From Candidatus Uhrbacteria bacterium (GTDB lineage Bacteria > Patescibacteriota > Patescibacteriia > 2-12-FULL-60-25): a stretch of 64,000 nucleotides of DNA. Below, piece by piece: positions 62,349 through 64,000 of the stretch; positions within the stretch are counted from its first letter, which is position 1, and the number at the start of each line of letters is the position of its first letter. The notes beneath the pieces are model-generated. The model saw nothing but the letters and a program-made list of their open reading frames with translations, did no database searches and was not told the origin of the DNA. The stretch is taken from contig CAWIHE010000004.1 in assembly GCA_963835915.1 (NCBI GenBank), forward strand, positions 696,248-760,247. The letters are read 5' to 3'. Made by a program: the position numbers and the translations under genes.

Positions 62349-64000
62349 ATGGACGCCGTCGAAGAAGTGAAGTCCCACCTGGACATCGTCGATATCGCCG
62401 CGGAATACCTCCAGCTCAAGCCCGCCGGGAGCGGGAGTTTTAAGGCAAACTGCCCGTTCCACCAGGAAAAGACGCCGAGCTTCTACGTGAACCGCCAGCG
62501 GCAGAGCTGGCACTGCTTCGGGTGCGACAAGGGCGGGGACGTCATCTCGCTCGTCCAGGGGATCGAGGGGATGGATTTTCGGGATGCGCTCGCGCACCTC
62601 GCCATGAAGGCCGGGGTCACGCTCCCCGCGTTCAACACCGAAGCGGCGGGGGAGCGGAAGCGGCTCCAAACCGTCAACGACCTCGCATCACGATTCTTCA
62701 GATCCATCCTCCTCCAATCGCCGGATGCGGGACATGCCCGCGAGTATGCGGAGAAACGGGGGATCGACGACCTTACGGGAGACCTCTTTCGCATCGGCTA
62801 CGCGCCGAATTCCTGGGACGCGCTCACGACCGCGCTCAAAGCGAAGGACGTTACGGATGACGAACTCCTCCGCGCAGGCCTCACCGCTCCCAGCCAGCGC
62901 GGGACCGGATCGTACGACCGGTTCCGTGACCGATTGATGTTCGCGATCCATGACGTTCACGGGAACATCATCGGCTTTACGGGACGTCTCTTGAATCCGG
63001 ACGCGAAAGAAGCGAAGTACGTCAACACGCCCGAGACGGCCGTCTTCAAGAAATCTTCAGTCCTCTACGGTCTCGACAAGGCGAAAGGAGATATCAAATC
63101 AAAAGACCTCTGCGTCCTCGTCGAGGGCAACATGGACGTCGTCTCGAGCCACCGCGTCGGCATCGCAAACGTCGTCTGCCCCGGCGGCACGGCGCTGACC
63201 GCGGACCAGCTCCGGCTCATCGCGCGCTTCACGAAGAACCTCGCAATCGCCTTTGACGCGGATGCGGCCGGCGTCAACGCGACGCTCCGCGGACTCGACC
63301 TCGCGCGCGCGGAGGATTTCTCAATCCGCATCATCTCGCTCCCGGACGGCATCAAAGACCCTGACGAGGCGATTGCCAAGGATCCGGCGATTTGGACCAA
63401 TGCGATCCGCGACGCCGTAGACATCATGGAGTGGGTCTTCCGTCTCGCGTTCAAAGGGAAAGACCTCTCCAACCCGAACGACAAGCGCGAGATCGCGCGC
63501 ATCGTCCTTCCGGAGGTCAAACGCATTGCAGATCCGATCGTCCGCGACCACTGGATCCAGAAGCTCGCGAAAGCGCTGGAGACGAGTGAAGATGCGCTCC
63601 GGGATGCGCTCAAAGGCGTTAAAGGATTAGGCCAGCGGGCCAGCGGGCCAGCGGGCCAGCGTCAGGAGGCCCACTCATCCACTCATCCACTCACCCCCTC
63701 ATCTACCCGAGGCCGCGACCTGGCCGAGCGCATCGTCTCCATCATCCTCTCGAAACAGGCTCCGCGGGCGTGCATGCCGGCGAATCTCCATGACCTCCTG
63801 CCCGGCGACCTCCGCGCCCTTTACATCCGCGAGACCGAGGGTTATGATGTCCCCCGATTCAGTGAGGGATCACAACCGGCGGACCCTTTAGCGGCCCCGG
63901 ACCAAACGATCGATCACCTCATGAACATGCTCGCGATCAGGTTCGATCGCGATTACCCAAACCAAACCGCGGATGCGCTCGCATCCGAAATCGAGGCAAG
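62349..64000 (+). CDS. dnaG: DNA primase DnaG; 3' end outside window. Not in the ORF track because no stop falls within the window.
   Basis: Frame is open from ATG 62349 to the window end. Zinc finger CPFHQEKTPSFYVNRQRQSWHCFGC; TOPRIM VLVEGNMDVVS...DADAAG. Repeat-encoded insert at 63630-63708. Confidence 0.93.
   Translation, partial: MDAVEEVKSHLDIVDIAAEYLQLKPAGSGSFKANCPFHQEKTPSFYVNRQRQSWHCFGCDKGGDVISLVQGIEGMDFRDALAHLAMKAGVTLPAFNTEAAGERKRLQTVNDLASRFFRSILLQSPDAGHAREYAEKRGIDDLTGDLFRIGYAPNSWDALTTALKAKDVTDDELLRAGLTAPSQRGTGSYDRFRDRLMFAIHDVHGNIIGFTGRLLNPDAKEAKYVNTPETAVFKKSSVLYGLDKAKGDIKSKDLCVLVEGNMDVVSSHRVGIANVVCPGGTALTADQLRLIARFTKNLAIAFDADAAGVNATLRGLDLARAEDFSIRIISLPDGIKDPDEAIAKDPAIWTNAIRDAVDIMEWVFRLAFKGKDLSNPNDKREIARIVLPEVKRIADPIVRDHWIQKLAKALETSEDALRDALKGVKGLGQRASGPAGQRQEAHSSTHPLTPSSTRGRDLAERIVSIILSKQAPRACMPANLHDLLPGDLRALYIRETEGYDVPRFSEGSQPADPLAAPDQTIDHLMNMLAIRFDRDYPNQTADALASEIEA
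63630..63708 (+). repeat. Tandem octamer GCCAGCGG x4 plus a family H arm, in frame in dnaG
   Basis: ggccagcgggccagcgggccagcgggccagcg ... cccactcatccactcatccactcaccccctcatctaccc encodes GQRASGPAGQRQEAHSSTHPLTPSST. Confidence 0.85.

Overview
A GC-rich bacterial chromosomal window, mostly housekeeping genes. All three stop codons end conserved genes, so the standard code applies and there is no UGA recoding. Recognisable genes: dnaK (5' partial), dnaJ, cysS, dnaX, gpsA-like, pgi, a MacAB/YknXYZ-type efflux module (HlyD adaptor, ABC ATPase, two FtsX permeases), clpB, rsmI, metG, cvpA, tatD, a complete F1Fo ATP synthase operon (atpZ-like, B, E, F, H, A, G, D, C), thpR, a tagA-like glycosyltransferase, hicBA, gltX, an M23 peptidase, dusB, uvrB and dnaG (3' partial, absent from the ORF track). 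There are three tRNA genes and one IS3-family insertion sequence. The gene content (S74-tailed surface fibre, orphan TraD/VirD4-like ATPase, four-helix-bundle protein, small hypotheticals) suggests an uncultivated Patescibacteria/CPR-like lineage; this is a low-confidence inference. Main hunt results follow. (1) A visibly AT-richer islet next to a tRNA pair carries a compact putative graspetide (omega-ester RiPP) operon: a microviridin-type ATP-grasp ligase, a ChaN/Tiki/erythromycin-esterase-fold protein, and a 47-aa precursor ORF I found by hand (below the ORF-track cutoff). Its leader motif LPFLVQF resembles the microviridin PFFARFL motif. (2) Nearly every intergenic spacer holds a long hairpin or MITE-like element whose arms are tandem 7-8 nt units. 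At least ten sequence families recur, and single arms are embedded in frame in essential genes (cysS, dnaX, clpB, uvrB, dnaG). (3) A 300-bp tandem multi-hairpin repeat with conserved stems and divergent loops abuts the IS3 element. (4) A perfect 35-nt repeat abuts the start codons of clpB and tatD, in inverted orientation around a 3-kb segment. (5) A surface module pairs a repeat-rich lipoprotein with a 1055-aa fibre carrying a C-terminal S74 intramolecular-chaperone domain. (6) Core genes look leaderless, with the -10 box 6-10 nt from the start codon, while islet genes have strong Shine-Dalgarno sites. All homology calls rest on motif recognition by eye; no searches were run.
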